A stretch of DNA of 64,000 bases from an uncultured candidatus Brocadiaceae bacterium (GCA_964469555.1 CAYYAQ010000002.1:1842-65841), one strand, 5' to 3'; shown: positions 34,989 to 44,642, counted from the stretch's first letter. A program made the numbers and translations. Notes: generated by a model not told the origin, from the letters alone.

Positions 34989-35684
34989 TTATCTCGGTTC
35001 GACCTCTTCAGGCGAGGAGTGAATCGTCTGAATCGCCTCTGCCAGTTCGATTTGTGACGGTTCGAGCACTGCGTCGCTGAGCGCCGTCTTCACGGTCTCG
35101 AGGAGCTTGGGAACCAGGTCCGCGAGACGCTCGGCCTCGGAGAGGATGGTGCTCAAGAACTCATCCTGGGTATCGGCATTGATCTCGTTGCAGTTGATGA
35201 GGGTCTCCGCGCACGCGCGGATACACGCGATCGGCGCCTGCATCTCGTAGTTCACGAAACCCATGATGTCGACACGAGGGCGCTCCTTCTCCGCGCGCCT
35301 CATCTGATACTGTTGCAACGCCGCGTTCAAGACGCAGGAGAACGACCGTTCGGAGCACGGTGTCTTGAGGAAGCGAAACACCTCGTTCTTGTTGATCGTC
35401 TGCACCGCGAGGTCGTGGTGGCTTCCACCGGTGAGCAGAACACGGACGGTGCAAGGATCGATGGCCCGCACTCGCTTCAGGAACACGTTTCGATCCATGT
35501 CCCGCAATCGATAGTCAGCCACCACGACCGCGAAAGGTCCGGAGTCGGCCAGGATCTTGAGTGCCTCCCCGCTTCCCTCGGACATCGTGATGTCGTAGTC
35601 GTCGCCGAAGCGCTCGCACACCGCCACTCGGGTCTTCTCGTTCTTGTCGACCAACAAGATCGTCTCGTTCAGCGACTCGGTCAT
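34989..35684 (-). CDS. response-regulator receiver domain fused to a degenerate HisKA-like dimerisation domain
   Basis: REC pattern (ILLVDKNE..., VVVADYRLRDMD, RFLKTPC). It is followed by GFVNYEMQAPIACI where an H-box (SHELRTPL) would be, with Tyr in place of His. No ATPase domain. Confidence 0.75.
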   Translation of the reverse strand: MTESLNETILLVDKNEKTRVAVCERFGDDYDITMSEGSGEALKILADSGPFAVVVADYRLRDMDRNVFLKRVRAIDPCTVRVLLTGGSHHDLAVQTINKNEVFRFLKTPCSERSFSCVLNAALQQYQMRRAEKERPRVDIMGFVNYEMQAPIACIRACAETLINCNEINADTQDEFLSTILSEAERLADLVPKLLETVKTALSDAVLEPSQIELAEAIQTIHSSPEEVEPR

Positions 35685-35746
35685 TCGGGGCCCTCTCCTT
35701 ATCGACTTGTCGGAAGGAGAGGGCGACTGACCCGTGCGGTTTCGGG

Positions 35747-36838
35747 CTACGACTTGATCTTACCTGACAGACGGCCAGTGCGATGGTGGATCTCGCGCAA
35801 TACACGCCCACCTTCCGTGCAATCGATGAGCCGATTGACGAAGTAGAACAGGTACATCGTCGACAGCCATTGCGTGAAGTCTGCCTGCGAACGGCAGTGC
35901 TTCCGCAAGTTGAGCATGACCCAGGAGAAGTGCTGCCAGGTGTCGAAACAGGAGTCGCAGTCACGGTCGACTCCGGTACAGCAACGGCGAGCGGTCACGA
36001 AATCCGCGTTGTACGACCGGAAGTGCGGGTTGTAGGCGTTGCCGTTGAGGATCCGCTCCGCGTTGACCGGATGGTCCGCGGTGATGCTCGTGCAGGTCGA
36101 ATGACCCCACGTCTCGCCAAAGAGTTCGCCGGTGGAGACGACCTCGGCGAGGCGAGATGTCATCAGGACGTCCTCCGGGTGGCGAGCGATCGCCGCATCG
36201 ATCGCGTCGCGGACGGCGGCGAAGCCCTGCGCGTAGTCGAGTCGTCCACCGCGGTGCTCGAGGTCACCGTAGAAGTTGAACAACACCCGGTTGCCGTTCT
36301 CGACACACCGCGCGACCACGCCTTCGACTTCGTTCGCATATCCGGGCGCGACCGTGTAGTAGAAGAACGCGCGCGGATCTCCGGCGTAGTTGCGCAAAGC
36401 CTGTTCGAAGACGTCGAGACGCCCACCGCCGCGCAGTTTCTTGTCGGCCTCGTGATCGCCCCACACCGAGACGCCGATCGGCAGATCTTCGAACCCCTCG
36501 TGAGGAATCCGCTTCAGGCCATTGGTCGCGACGCTCAGTCGGAACGCGTCGTAGAGCTTCTTCAAGCAATCGAGTTCCAGGCTCGGCTCGCCGCCGACGA
36601 CGGTGACGAAGTTCGTCCCGCGCGCGCGTTCTCGGACGATGAACTCGTCGAGGTCCGCATGGCTCGCCGCCCGATGTGCGTCCATGCCTTCCGCGAAGAA
36701 GTAGCAACCCTCACACCGGATGTTGCACGCATGCGTCAGATCAACGGAGATGGAACGGATCGGACCCGCCGCGCGGACCGCGTCGTGAAGTTCCCGCAAG
36801 AACGGATCACTCAACCAGGTCTGGATCCTTTCGCTCAT
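35747..36838 (-). CDS. radical-SAM enzyme, unknown function (third radical-SAM gene of the operon)
   Basis: CNIRCEGC (CxxxCxxC) at about aa 38. C-terminal Cys patch RRCCTGVDRDCDSC. Its ATG overlaps the upstream stop (ATGA at 36835-36838). Confidence 0.85.
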   Translation of the reverse strand: MSERIQTWLSDPFLRELHDAVRAAGPIRSISVDLTHACNIRCEGCYFFAEGMDAHRAASHADLDEFIVRERARGTNFVTVVGGEPSLELDCLKKLYDAFRLSVATNGLKRIPHEGFEDLPIGVSVWGDHEADKKLRGGGRLDVFEQALRNYAGDPRAFFYYTVAPGYANEVEGVVARCVENGNRVLFNFYGDLEHRGGRLDYAQGFAAVRDAIDAAIARHPEDVLMTSRLAEVVSTGELFGETWGHSTCTSITADHPVNAERILNGNAYNPHFRSYNADFVTARRCCTGVDRDCDSCFDTWQHFSWVMLNLRKHCRSQADFTQWLSTMYLFYFVNRLIDCTEGGRVLREIHHRTGRLSGKIKS

Positions 36839-37938
36839 TTCTTCTCGGGCGACTCGCCGAACACTTCAGACGGTCGCATCTCGCTCCGAATCGTCTCGAG
36901 ATCCTCGCCGTTGGGCTGGAATGGGTAGTCTCGGTACTCCTCGCTTGGTCGGTACGAACCGAACGGTCGATTGCAGGCGACTTCGCCCTGCCGATTGGGA
37001 CACCCATCGGTCATGAACGGAACACCACTATTCGTCGCTTCCGCCACCGTCGACTGCAGCGCGTCGACATCCATCAGCGCGCCTTCGTCGTCGAACGTGA
37101 TCTTCCCGCGTTCGAGCCCCTTGTGCTCGATGAGGTGCTTGACGAGCTGAATGCGTCGCAGCCGTTGAATCGGCGCGCGCGGAACATCTTGCATCGCCGT
37201 GTCGGGCTCGGGATTGAAGGAGAAGAGGTAGGCCGCGATCTGTTCGGAATGCAACTTGTGGAACAGGTCGACGAGGTCACGGTCCATCTCCGCGATCCCG
37301 ACGACTACGTGGAAGTTGACCTTGTACGGTCCGAATCGCCGTCGCGCCGCGCGGGCGATCTCCCAGTGCTGGTCCCAATCGTGCGGACCACGCACGCCGC
37401 TGCCGCGCGTTTCTTCAAACACTTCCTCGGACGCGGCGTCGAGACCGATGCCGATAATGTCGACGCCAGCCTTCTGGATCGCGGCCAGTCGATCTTCGTT
37501 CAGCAGTCCCGAACTCACGAGCGCCGAGATCGGCACGTCCGGCGCGGCGTGTCGCACACGTTCGGTCATGTCGATCAGGTCGCGGTACGCGCGGCCATCG
37601 TGAACCTGCGCGATGCACACACGACCGACGCCACCATTCGTCTCCACATCACGCTCGCCGATCTTCTCGGCGACGATGTCCGTGCGGAACAACGGCCAAC
37701 TCACGCGGATGAAAGTGTTGTCCTGGGCCAGGCCTGCGCGTTCGCGGGCGAGGCCGCAATAACTGCAGTTCGCCGCGCAGCCCGCAGGGTAGTTCTGCAG
37801 CAGGTTGATGCAGCCGCAGCCACAACGGGAGATCTTGCCCGGCTTGAGGCCAAGCTCGATCGCGGCGGCCATGCTGATCCTCACCCACTCGGGGCTGAGG
37901 TGCTGTTCGCTCTTTTCTGTCAGTAGTTCGACGGTCAA
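36835..37938 (-). CDS. radical-SAM enzyme, LipS1/LipS2-like candidate
   Basis: CAANCSYC radical-SAM motif preceded by a CGCGC cluster. Start is TTG 37938 (TTGA overlap) or the downstream ATG giving MAAAIELG. The upstream part of the track ORF is Arg-rich noise. Confidence 0.8.
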   Translation of the reverse strand: MTVELLTEKSEQHLSPEWVRISMAAAIELGLKPGKISRCGCGCINLLQNYPAGCAANCSYCGLARERAGLAQDNTFIRVSWPLFRTDIVAEKIGERDVETNGGVGRVCIAQVHDGRAYRDLIDMTERVRHAAPDVPISALVSSGLLNEDRLAAIQKAGVDIIGIGLDAASEEVFEETRGSGVRGPHDWDQHWEIARAARRRFGPYKVNFHVVVGIAEMDRDLVDLFHKLHSEQIAAYLFSFNPEPDTAMQDVPRAPIQRLRRIQLVKHLIEHKGLERGKITFDDEGALMDVDALQSTVAEATNSGVPFMTDGCPNRQGEVACNRPFGSYRPSEEYRDYPFQPNGEDLETIRSEMRPSEVFGESPEKK

Positions 37939-38885
37939 AAGGCCACTCCACAACACGCGTTGATGAAATCTGGTTCGAAGCCACGTTCCTGGGCGTACGC
38001 GACGATGCCGTCCGCTGGATATGCGATGCCGTTGAACCCCGCGTCCACGGCGAGGCGGTCGATCTTCTCCTTCATCGCGCCGAGGGGCCGCGCGCACCCG
38101 AGCATGACCTCGGTGTTCGGCAACGCCGTGCGCGACGCTTCGAAGAACCCGCCGATCTCTCTGAGCGACGGCGGGACGACACCTGACATGTTGGCGCCTC
38201 CGAGCGGCATGAGCACGACCAACACGAGCAGGCGCGGCGGGTGACGCAACACCATCTGCAGCGCGCGCTCCTCGCCCAGCATTCTGCCGAAGTGCAACCC
38301 GAGGATGATGTGGGGCACCGTGGGCACGCGATTGCGTTCGAGGCGTTCGAGACAGGCGTCGTAATCATCTGGCGTGGACTCGAGGTGGTAGACGTCGCGG
38401 ATCGTGTCCTCGTGGCCGATCAGGTCGACCATCGCGCCGCCGATGCCGACTTCGGCGAGCCCCGCGCACGTCTCCTCGTCCGGGAGACCCGGGTGCACTC
38501 GGATGACCATGTCCAGCTCACGCCGCACTCGAATCAGGTCCTGCATGTGCGGGAGCAGCGGCACGCGACCCTTCTTGTCGCTTCCGCCCGAGATCAGCAC
38601 ACCGCGGGCACCGCGCTCTTTCAGGCCGGCGCAGAGATCGAACAGGGTCCCGTCGTGCGCCCCGAGGTCCGTCATGCCGTGCAGCACCTTCATGTTGCAG
38701 TGCTCGCAACTCAGCGCGCACGCATTGCCGGTCACGCTGATCGACACGAACTCCGCCGCGTCCTGGCTCGTGAACTCCGAAGTCGAGTACCGCTTGAGTC
38801 CCGGCGCGTGGAAACGCATTCGGTTCGGGAAGTTCGACCGACGAATCTCCATGCACTCTGGACTCACTTGATGAAGATCCATCAT
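37935..38885 (-). CDS. radical-SAM enzyme, LipS1/LipS2-like candidate
   Basis: 316 aa. Contains a CALSCEHC motif and a TIM-barrel-like pattern. Its ATG overlaps the ligase stop (ATGA at 38882-38885). Confidence 0.85.
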   Translation of the reverse strand: MMDLHQVSPECMEIRRSNFPNRMRFHAPGLKRYSTSEFTSQDAAEFVSISVTGNACALSCEHCNMKVLHGMTDLGAHDGTLFDLCAGLKERGARGVLISGGSDKKGRVPLLPHMQDLIRVRRELDMVIRVHPGLPDEETCAGLAEVGIGGAMVDLIGHEDTIRDVYHLESTPDDYDACLERLERNRVPTVPHIILGLHFGRMLGEERALQMVLRHPPRLLVLVVLMPLGGANMSGVVPPSLREIGGFFEASRTALPNTEVMLGCARPLGAMKEKIDRLAVDAGFNGIAYPADGIVAYAQERGFEPDFINACCGVAF

Positions 38886-39979
38886 GTGTCTACTCCTCCC
38901 GGACTGACGAAGCAGCCGTAGGGCGGCTCGACTGCGAAGGCGGCGGCGGTCGCGCTCAGGATCGCTTCGGTCACGGCGCCGGGCGAGATGTCGGTACCCG
39001 GATGAGTCCGCGCCCAGGCTCGAACGGTAGCCTCGACACCCGAATCCTCACAGGAGTGCCAACGCAGCTTCCATTCGAGATCCGCGATGGCGTCGTCGTC
39101 GGCGAAGAAGTCGCCGCGGATGTGCACGGCCTTGAGCATGCGGCCTGCGAGAGCGACGTGTACATCCAACGTGCCGGCGGATGTGTCGATCGAAGCCGAA
39201 CCAGCGGCGTCCCGCACATCCCCGCGACAAGACACCCATTCGTCGGACCGGTACTTCTCAGTAGCGAGTGTCTCGATCGAGTTCTCCTCGTCCGAGCTGA
39301 GTCGCGACGGTTCGATAGCGACGCCAAAGGAACTCGCGAAGCTCTCCGCAACCTTCGCCTGGACATCCGCCATCACCACCCCGCGACACCACTCGCGCAC
39401 CGTGGTCGTGCGTCGCGCCACGACGCGCAGCTCGCGCTCGGTGTTCTGTTCGAACGGAGACCGCAACACATTCGTCATCAACTCGACATCCAGATCCACG
39501 AGCAACGACGCGTGGAAAAGCAATCCGCCCGACGGATCCCGGTAGATCCCCAACCCTGCGATCTTGCGACCGGCAACCTCGAGGTCGTTCTTTCCGCGGA
39601 AGGCCGCGTCGATTCCGAAGTGACGCAGCGCCCGCGACAGGCCGTCCGAGAACCGGGCCATCAGCTCTCGAGGTCGACCGTGCCGGTCGCCCCTGCCTCT
39701 GAGTGCGAGCGCGACGCCGAGTTGATCGGGCCCCATCAGAATCGCGCCGCCGCCGGTGGGACGCCGTGACACTTGCACATCGTGTTCATCGCAAAACGAG
39801 AGTCGGATCTCGTTGTCGACATCCTGGAAACGACCGACGAGCGCGCAGTGCGGACGGTATGTGTAGAGCTTGAGCGTGGGCGGCGACCGGCCAACTCCTA
39901 CCTCGCGGACAAGGACCTCGTCACCCGCGAGACCCTGGTGGGCGGAGACGCCCGCCGCAGCGAGGAACCGCCACGCCAT
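38882..39979 (-). CDS. lipoate-protein ligase family protein (LplA-like with fused accessory domain), copy 2
   Basis: Contains RRPTGGGAILMG and VAGRKIAGLGIY plus a C-terminal accessory domain. Start is ATG 39979 (TGATG overlap) or TTG 39982. Confidence 0.85.
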   Translation of the reverse strand: MAWRFLAAAGVSAHQGLAGDEVLVREVGVGRSPPTLKLYTYRPHCALVGRFQDVDNEIRLSFCDEHDVQVSRRPTGGGAILMGPDQLGVALALRGRGDRHGRPRELMARFSDGLSRALRHFGIDAAFRGKNDLEVAGRKIAGLGIYRDPSGGLLFHASLLVDLDVELMTNVLRSPFEQNTERELRVVARRTTTVREWCRGVVMADVQAKVAESFASSFGVAIEPSRLSSDEENSIETLATEKYRSDEWVSCRGDVRDAAGSASIDTSAGTLDVHVALAGRMLKAVHIRGDFFADDDAIADLEWKLRWHSCEDSGVEATVRAWARTHPGTDISPGAVTEAILSATAAAFAVEPPYGCFVSPGGVDT

Positions 39980-40425
39980 CAATCAGCTCCCGGTTCCGAT
40001 TCGAAACGGGCCGCGGCGGCAGCGACCCACTTGGGGATCGCGGCGCCGGACACGAGCGTCGCGGCATCAGCATCCCAATCCGTCGCCGCGATCTCGACGA
40101 GCCAGCCGCGGTCGTAGGAATCCGTGTTCACGATAAGCGGATCTGCGAGCACTGCGTCATTTCGTCCCGTGATCGTGCCCGAGATCGGCGCGACGATGTT
40201 CGTCGTCATCTTTGCGGCCTCGAGCGTCCCGATCGACTCGCCTCGCGCAACCTGCGTACCCACGTCCTTCAGCGCCACGTAGGCGAGCTCGCCCAGCGAC
40301 TCGAGACCGATCGCGTCGATGCCGACGCGCACGTTACCGGTGTCGGCGTCAGGCTTCGCCCAGAGGTGGTGCTCCCTCTGGTAGTGACGGTCTTCTGGGA
40401 TATGGAACGAACGATCGGCGGTCAT
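39979..40425 (-). CDS. GcvH-like lipoyl-carrier protein (LbpA-like), copy 2
   Basis: Only the last 148 aa of the 438-aa track ORF are coding-like. They start at MTADRSFHIPEDRHYQREHHLWAK and contain the lipoyl-lysine context LEAAKMTTNIVAPISG. Confidence 0.8.
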   Translation of the reverse strand: MTADRSFHIPEDRHYQREHHLWAKPDADTGNVRVGIDAIGLESLGELAYVALKDVGTQVARGESIGTLEAAKMTTNIVAPISGTITGRNDAVLADPLIVNTDSYDRGWLVEIAATDWDADAATLVSGAAIPKWVAAAAARFESEPGAD

Positions 40426-40627
40426 GGCGGAACTCTCGGTGACACAAGGGGCTGGAATCGTAGCGGCACCGACCCGTGAGACGAATGATCCAATCACCCT
40501 CATCTTTGGGAGAAAACTCGCGACCATCGACATCCAGCAGGATCGCCCAGCTCGGACTCCCAGAGCCGGAAGAGGACTCGCGCGTTCATGGGAACGGCAT
40601 CCGCAATACCCGGCTCCGCGACCGGCG

Positions 40628-41074
40628 TTACGCCAGGATCTCGGTGACGACGCGGCCTTCGACGTCGGTGAGTCGGCGCTGGATGCCGTCGGGGTTGTGG
40701 TCGCGACCCCAGACGACGCGATCGATCTTCGTGGGCTTGGCGAGCTCGATCTGCACCCAGCCGCGACCGCTCTGGTTCGAGATCCAACTGCGTTCGTTGC
40801 CGTACCGACCATCGTTGATGTGCGAGAGTTTGTGGCGCACGTTGCTCGGATAGTCGCCGGATGACGTCGCCTTGGCACCCACGATCGCGAAGGCGATGTT
40901 GGCAGACGTCTCGCCGGTTGAGTAGACCTCGAGCTCGTCGATGCACGGCTCCAACCCAGCATCTCGGAGACCACTCCACAGCGGTTGACTCCCGATGTCG
41001 CCTGCGCCATCGGCGAAAACCTGTTGGTCGATCGTGCCGAGAGATCGGCGACTCGCGGGACCTGTCGCGCGCAA
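40628..41074 (-). pseudogene. discoidin (F5/8 type C)-like domain fragment
   Basis: CIDELEVY ... HINDGRYGNERSWISNQSGRGWVQIELAKPTKIDRVVWGRDHNP resembles one discoidin domain plus the tail of a preceding one. No signal peptide or plausible N-terminus, and the C-terminus ends abruptly. Confidence 0.4.
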
Positions 41075-41267
41075 CCCGGCGGCGGTACGACGAGGTCGTA
41101 CGAACTGGAACGCGGTATAGGACTTGGCGCAACAGCAAGCGTTCCACTCAGCATCCAGCAGGCGACGGACGAAGAGTTTCTGACCTCTTCAGCGAGGACC
41201 CAACATGGAGGCACGACGAAGCGCCGCCAGAATCGACAGAAGCACTCGACACACGAACTGCCGAAGT

Positions 41268-41486
41268 GTTCCGGGACTGAACTTGATTCAAACACTGAAC
41301 CGCCACAACCAGGATATTCCGTTCGTTCTGTTCTCGGCGCACGATCCCAGGCGCGGGGTCACTGACCAGGTGTCAGCCGCCCTGGTCAAGTCGAAGACGA
41401 GCACGCAGATGCTCGCGGACACGATCACCTCTCTCGCGCACAAGCCGATTGGCGCAGTGGAACCGCGAACTCAGGGGCAGTCATGA
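41268..41486 (+). pseudogene. C-terminal half of a response-regulator receiver domain (N-terminally truncated)
   Basis: GLNLIQTLNRHNQDIPFVLFSAHDPRRGVTDQVSAALVKSKTSTQMLADTI matches REC helices 3-5. The phospho-acceptor half is absent. Its stop overlaps the next start (ATGA at 41483-41486). Confidence 0.45.
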
Positions 41487-41878
41487 CCGCAAGACCACTC
41501 GAGAAGATCCTCCTCGTCGAGGACGATACGGACATCCAGGAAGTGGCCCTGATCTCACTCGTATCCATCGGTGGCTACACGGTGAAGGTATGCGACGACG
41601 GCATGGAAGCCGTTCTCTCCGCGCCGAAGTTTGTTCCGGACCTGATCCTCATGGACTTGATGATGCCGAACATGGACGGTCCGACCACGATGGAGGAGTT
41701 GCGCAACATCCCCGAGACAGCTGATATCCCCGTCGTGTTAATGACCGCCAAGGTGCAGGCAGAAGATCGCCGGCGCTACGACGCGATGGGCGCGCTGGGA
41801 GTCATCGCCAAGCCATTCGACCCGCTGGCGTTGACGCCTCGCCTGGAGGCGATGTGGGAAGCGCACCACATGGACTGA
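41483..41878 (+). CDS. single-domain response regulator (CheY-like)
   Basis: 131 aa. Contains ILLVEDDTDI, DLILMDLMMPNMDG and VVLMTAK motifs. Confidence 0.9.
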   Translation: MTARPLEKILLVEDDTDIQEVALISLVSIGGYTVKVCDDGMEAVLSAPKFVPDLILMDLMMPNMDGPTTMEELRNIPETADIPVVLMTAKVQAEDRRRYDAMGALGVIAKPFDPLALTPRLEAMWEAHHMD

Positions 41879-41967
41879 GCCGAGCCGGAGACACTCGTGA
41901 TCGCACTGCTACCGCGCTCTCCGCGCCAGCGAGGATCGCGTCGGCAGGGAATGCCGATAAACACGCC

Positions 41968-42210
41968 ATGAGATTGGGTCGATTTGTGGTGATGCTGGCC
42001 GTGCTGTCACTGACGGCGTGCGGTTCAAAGGACAAGGAAAAGGCTGAAGGGGCCAAGGCTGATGACAAACAGCCGGGCAACATCCTCACGCTCCCGATTA
42101 CCGCGCCGATGGCGGCGCGGCGACGGTTGATCCACGACATGGACAAGAACAAGAACGCTGCGCGCGAGCGAAAGAAGCAGTTCGATTCGGTGATCAACGG
42201 CGGTCGCTGA
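41968..42210 (+). CDS. small lipoprotein, unknown function
   Basis: MRLGRFVVMLAVLSLTAC lipobox followed by a Lys-rich 60 aa. Start chosen inside the 41854-42210 track ORF. Confidence 0.5.
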   Translation: MRLGRFVVMLAVLSLTACGSKDKEKAEGAKADDKQPGNILTLPITAPMAARRRLIHDMDKNKNAARERKKQFDSVINGGR

Positions 42211-42217
42211 GCAAGCG

Positions 42218-42721
42218 CTACTTGTCGCCGAGCTGCATGCAGCACTTCTTGAACTTCTTGCCACTGCCGCACGGACACGGGTCATTGCGACCGGTTTTCT
42301 GAGCCCGGTGCACGATCGTCTTGGTCTTCCCGGTCACGGCGATGCCGTCCCGGTGGGCGATTCCCGACGCGACGGCTTCGCGAAACGCGGCGGCGTGCTC
42401 CTCGAGTGCGCGGCGCTGTTCGAACGCCGCGACGACGACTTCGGTCTCGTCGAGATGCGCGAGGTAGGCGGCGATCACATTCTCGGTCGCGGTTGCGAGT
42501 GGATCCTTCACCCCAAAGTGCCGCGGCAGAATCTCCGTCAGGACGGCGGACAACTCCTCGCCATCCAGCAGGCGCGGTGCCTTGCCAGCGTCGACATAGC
42601 ACGCGGTAAGGAACCGCTGGACGACGGCGCGGATGTCCTCGGTCTTGGCTGCGTCGATCGTGACCGCGTGAGACGAGTCGAGGAACGCGGCACTATCGAG
42701 CAACACTCGACGCTCTGTCAC
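42218..42721 (-). CDS. SEC-C metal-binding motif protein
   Basis: C-terminal [17 protein letters not shown]. Its GTG start overlaps the sulfatase stop (GTGA). Confidence 0.8.
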   Translation of the reverse strand: MTERRVLLDSAAFLDSSHAVTIDAAKTEDIRAVVQRFLTACYVDAGKAPRLLDGEELSAVLTEILPRHFGVKDPLATATENVIAAYLAHLDETEVVVAAFEQRRALEEHAAAFREAVASGIAHRDGIAVTGKTKTIVHRAQKTGRNDPCPCGSGKKFKKCCMQLGDK

Positions 42722-44133
42722 TTCGCGGCCCCCAGTCGCCTCGGCATCTTGGCGCCGGTGTCGCGAAGCCAGGCTTTGAGTTTCCCTTTGAGTTCTGCCG
42801 TCTTCGCGGGCAGCACCGCAGAGAGGTCGCGAGTCTCAGAGATGTCCGCGGACAGGTCGTAGAGTTCGGTCGAGTCGTCGCCGTAGTGAAGGATGAGCTT
42901 GTGGCGCCCCGCTCGAATCGCCCCACCCAGACGGTTCTTGCCGTGGAACGCGTAGTTCGGGTAGTGGAAGTAGATCGCTTCGCGACCGAGATCGCCGGAC
43001 CTCCGGAGAATGGGCGTGAGGTCGCAGCCATCCAAAGGACTGGCTGGATCAGGCCGCAGTCCGACCGCGGTGAGAAACGTGGGAAAGAAGTCCATGCTGA
43101 TCACCGGCTCGGCACTCATCGTGGCCGGCGACGTGACCCCGGGCCAACGCACGATGAGTGGAACGCGCGTCCCCCCCTCGTAGAGGAATCCCTTGCCCTT
43201 GCGCAGTGGTCGGTTGTCGGCAACGCCAGAGTACCCGCCGTTGTCCGAGGTGAAGACGACGAGCGTGTTGTCCGCAAGACCGAGCTCGTCAAGGCGCGTG
43301 AGAACGCGACCGACGGCCTTGTCCATGGCCTCGATCATCGCGCCGTACCTCGTGTCGTTGAGCCCTGGTCCCGTTCGCGTCTTGTACTTCTTCAGAAGTT
43401 CGTCGGGCGCCTCCATCGGCCAGTGCACGGTGTAGTGCGAAAGATTCAGGTAGAAGGGCTTGCCGTCTCGTTTCGACTGCTCGAGGAACGCGATCGCTTC
43501 GTCGGCGAGTCGATAGGGGAGGTACTCGCCTTTCTTGCGGTCGGGGAGCGCGTAGATGTTGTAGGGATCGAAGAACGTCGACGGACCGCCGCGCGCGTTG
43601 CCGCCGATGTTGATGTCGAAGCCCTGGTGCTCGGGGTGGTAGCGGGCGTCGCCCTTGCCCCCGTCCTTGCCCGACCAGTCGCCGCAAATGTGCCACTTGC
43701 CCATGAACGCGGTGCGGTAGCCGACGGTCTTGAGTCGCTCCGCGATGGTCACGTACTCGAGACCCAGGTGATCGATGCACTCGGCGGGACCGAGTTTCGC
43801 GTTCTTCGGCGTGAAGCGTTTCTGATCGGGAAGGTGATTGGTGATGCCGAGCCGAGCTGGAGCGAGGCCGGTGAGCACGGCGGCACGCGTCGGCGAACAG
43901 ACCGGCGCCGCGGCGTAGGCGTCGGTGAAGCGCATGCCCTGTTTGGCAAGCCGGTCGATGTTGGGAGTCTCGACCAGCTTGTTGCCCTGGCAGGCGACGT
44001 CCATCCAACCGAGGTCATCGATGAAGATGAAGAGGATGTTCGGTCGCTTGACGGGACGTTCGGAGCCGATCGAACAGGAGGAAACGACCCAGAGGGCAGC
44101 CGCGACGAGAACGATGGAAGGAAGTCTGGTCAT
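42718..44133 (-). CDS. sulfatase (arylsulfatase A family, Cys-type)
   Basis: Start at [20 protein letters not shown]. Contains [12 protein letters not shown] and [11 protein letters not shown]. The upstream 120 codons of the track ORF are non-coding-like. Confidence 0.9.
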   Translation of the reverse strand: MTRLPSIVLVAAALWVVSSCSIGSERPVKRPNILFIFIDDLGWMDVACQGNKLVETPNIDRLAKQGMRFTDAYAAAPVCSPTRAAVLTGLAPARLGITNHLPDQKRFTPKNAKLGPAECIDHLGLEYVTIAERLKTVGYRTAFMGKWHICGDWSGKDGGKGDARYHPEHQGFDINIGGNARGGPSTFFDPYNIYALPDRKKGEYLPYRLADEAIAFLEQSKRDGKPFYLNLSHYTVHWPMEAPDELLKKYKTRTGPGLNDTRYGAMIEAMDKAVGRVLTRLDELGLADNTLVVFTSDNGGYSGVADNRPLRKGKGFLYEGGTRVPLIVRWPGVTSPATMSAEPVISMDFFPTFLTAVGLRPDPASPLDGCDLTPILRRSGDLGREAIYFHYPNYAFHGKNRLGGAIRAGRHKLILHYGDDSTELYDLSADISETRDLSAVLPAKTAELKGKLKAWLRDTGAKMPRRLGAAK

Positions 44134-44209
44134 GTTGATTCGATGCGCGGAGATTCTAGTCGGCGATTCCCCCGGCGCTTCGCTATCTTGCCGGCCCCTG
44201 GAGCTAATC

Positions 44210-44638
44210 ATGAAGATGAAGACCCTGACCCTTCTCACCCTGTCCCTCGTTTTATCGTGCTCGTGTGCATCGGCACCCCAGTACTTCCGCGACAGTGAGT
44301 CAAAACTGCCGTTCAGTTCCGCGGTGCGAGTCGGCAACCTGGTCTTCGTGTCCGGACATCTCGGCCGCGACAAGACGACCGGCAACGCGCCCGCAGATGT
44401 CGCAGAGGAAGTGCGCCTGATGCTGGACGCCTTCGCGGCCTCCTTGGCGAAAGCGGGCATGACGATGGACAACCTCGTCGCCGTGCAGGTGCACTGCACG
44501 GACTTGAGCCACTACACGACCTTCAACGACATCTACCGCAAGCGCTTCGAGAAGAACTTCCCCACGCGGGCCTTCATCGGCGCCGGCTCGCTCCTTCGCG
44601 GATGCCGATTCGAGATCCTCGGCACCGCCGCCGACTGA
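44210..44638 (+). CDS. RidA/YjgF/L-PSP family protein with lipoprotein signal
   Basis: MKMKTLTLLTLSLVLSC, then VRVGNLVFVSGHLG...PTRAFIGAGSLLRGCRFEI. Confidence 0.8.
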   Translation: MKMKTLTLLTLSLVLSCSCASAPQYFRDSESKLPFSSAVRVGNLVFVSGHLGRDKTTGNAPADVAEEVRLMLDAFAASLAKAGMTMDNLVAVQVHCTDLSHYTTFNDIYRKRFEKNFPTRAFIGAGSLLRGCRFEILGTAAD

Positions 44639-44642
44639 CGAA

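Noticed and set aside
35747-36838. Third radical-SAM gene as an anaerobic sulfatase-maturating enzyme for the two Cys-type sulfatases in the window.
   Set aside because: It lacks the multi-cysteine SPASM pattern I expect for anSME. It is start/stop-coupled to the lipoate genes and lies more than 6 kb from the nearest sulfatase. This is not excluded without a profile search.
39979-41295. Long N-terminal extensions of track ORFs taken at the first possible start. Examples: 39979-41295, 42718-44499, 51414-53294, 9593-10711, 23006-23773, 46163-47362, 36835-38097.
   Set aside because: Only the distal parts have protein-like sequence (signal peptides, family motifs). The extensions are Arg/Ser/Pro-rich and overlap upstream genes. 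Internal starts that overlap the preceding stop codon fit far better.
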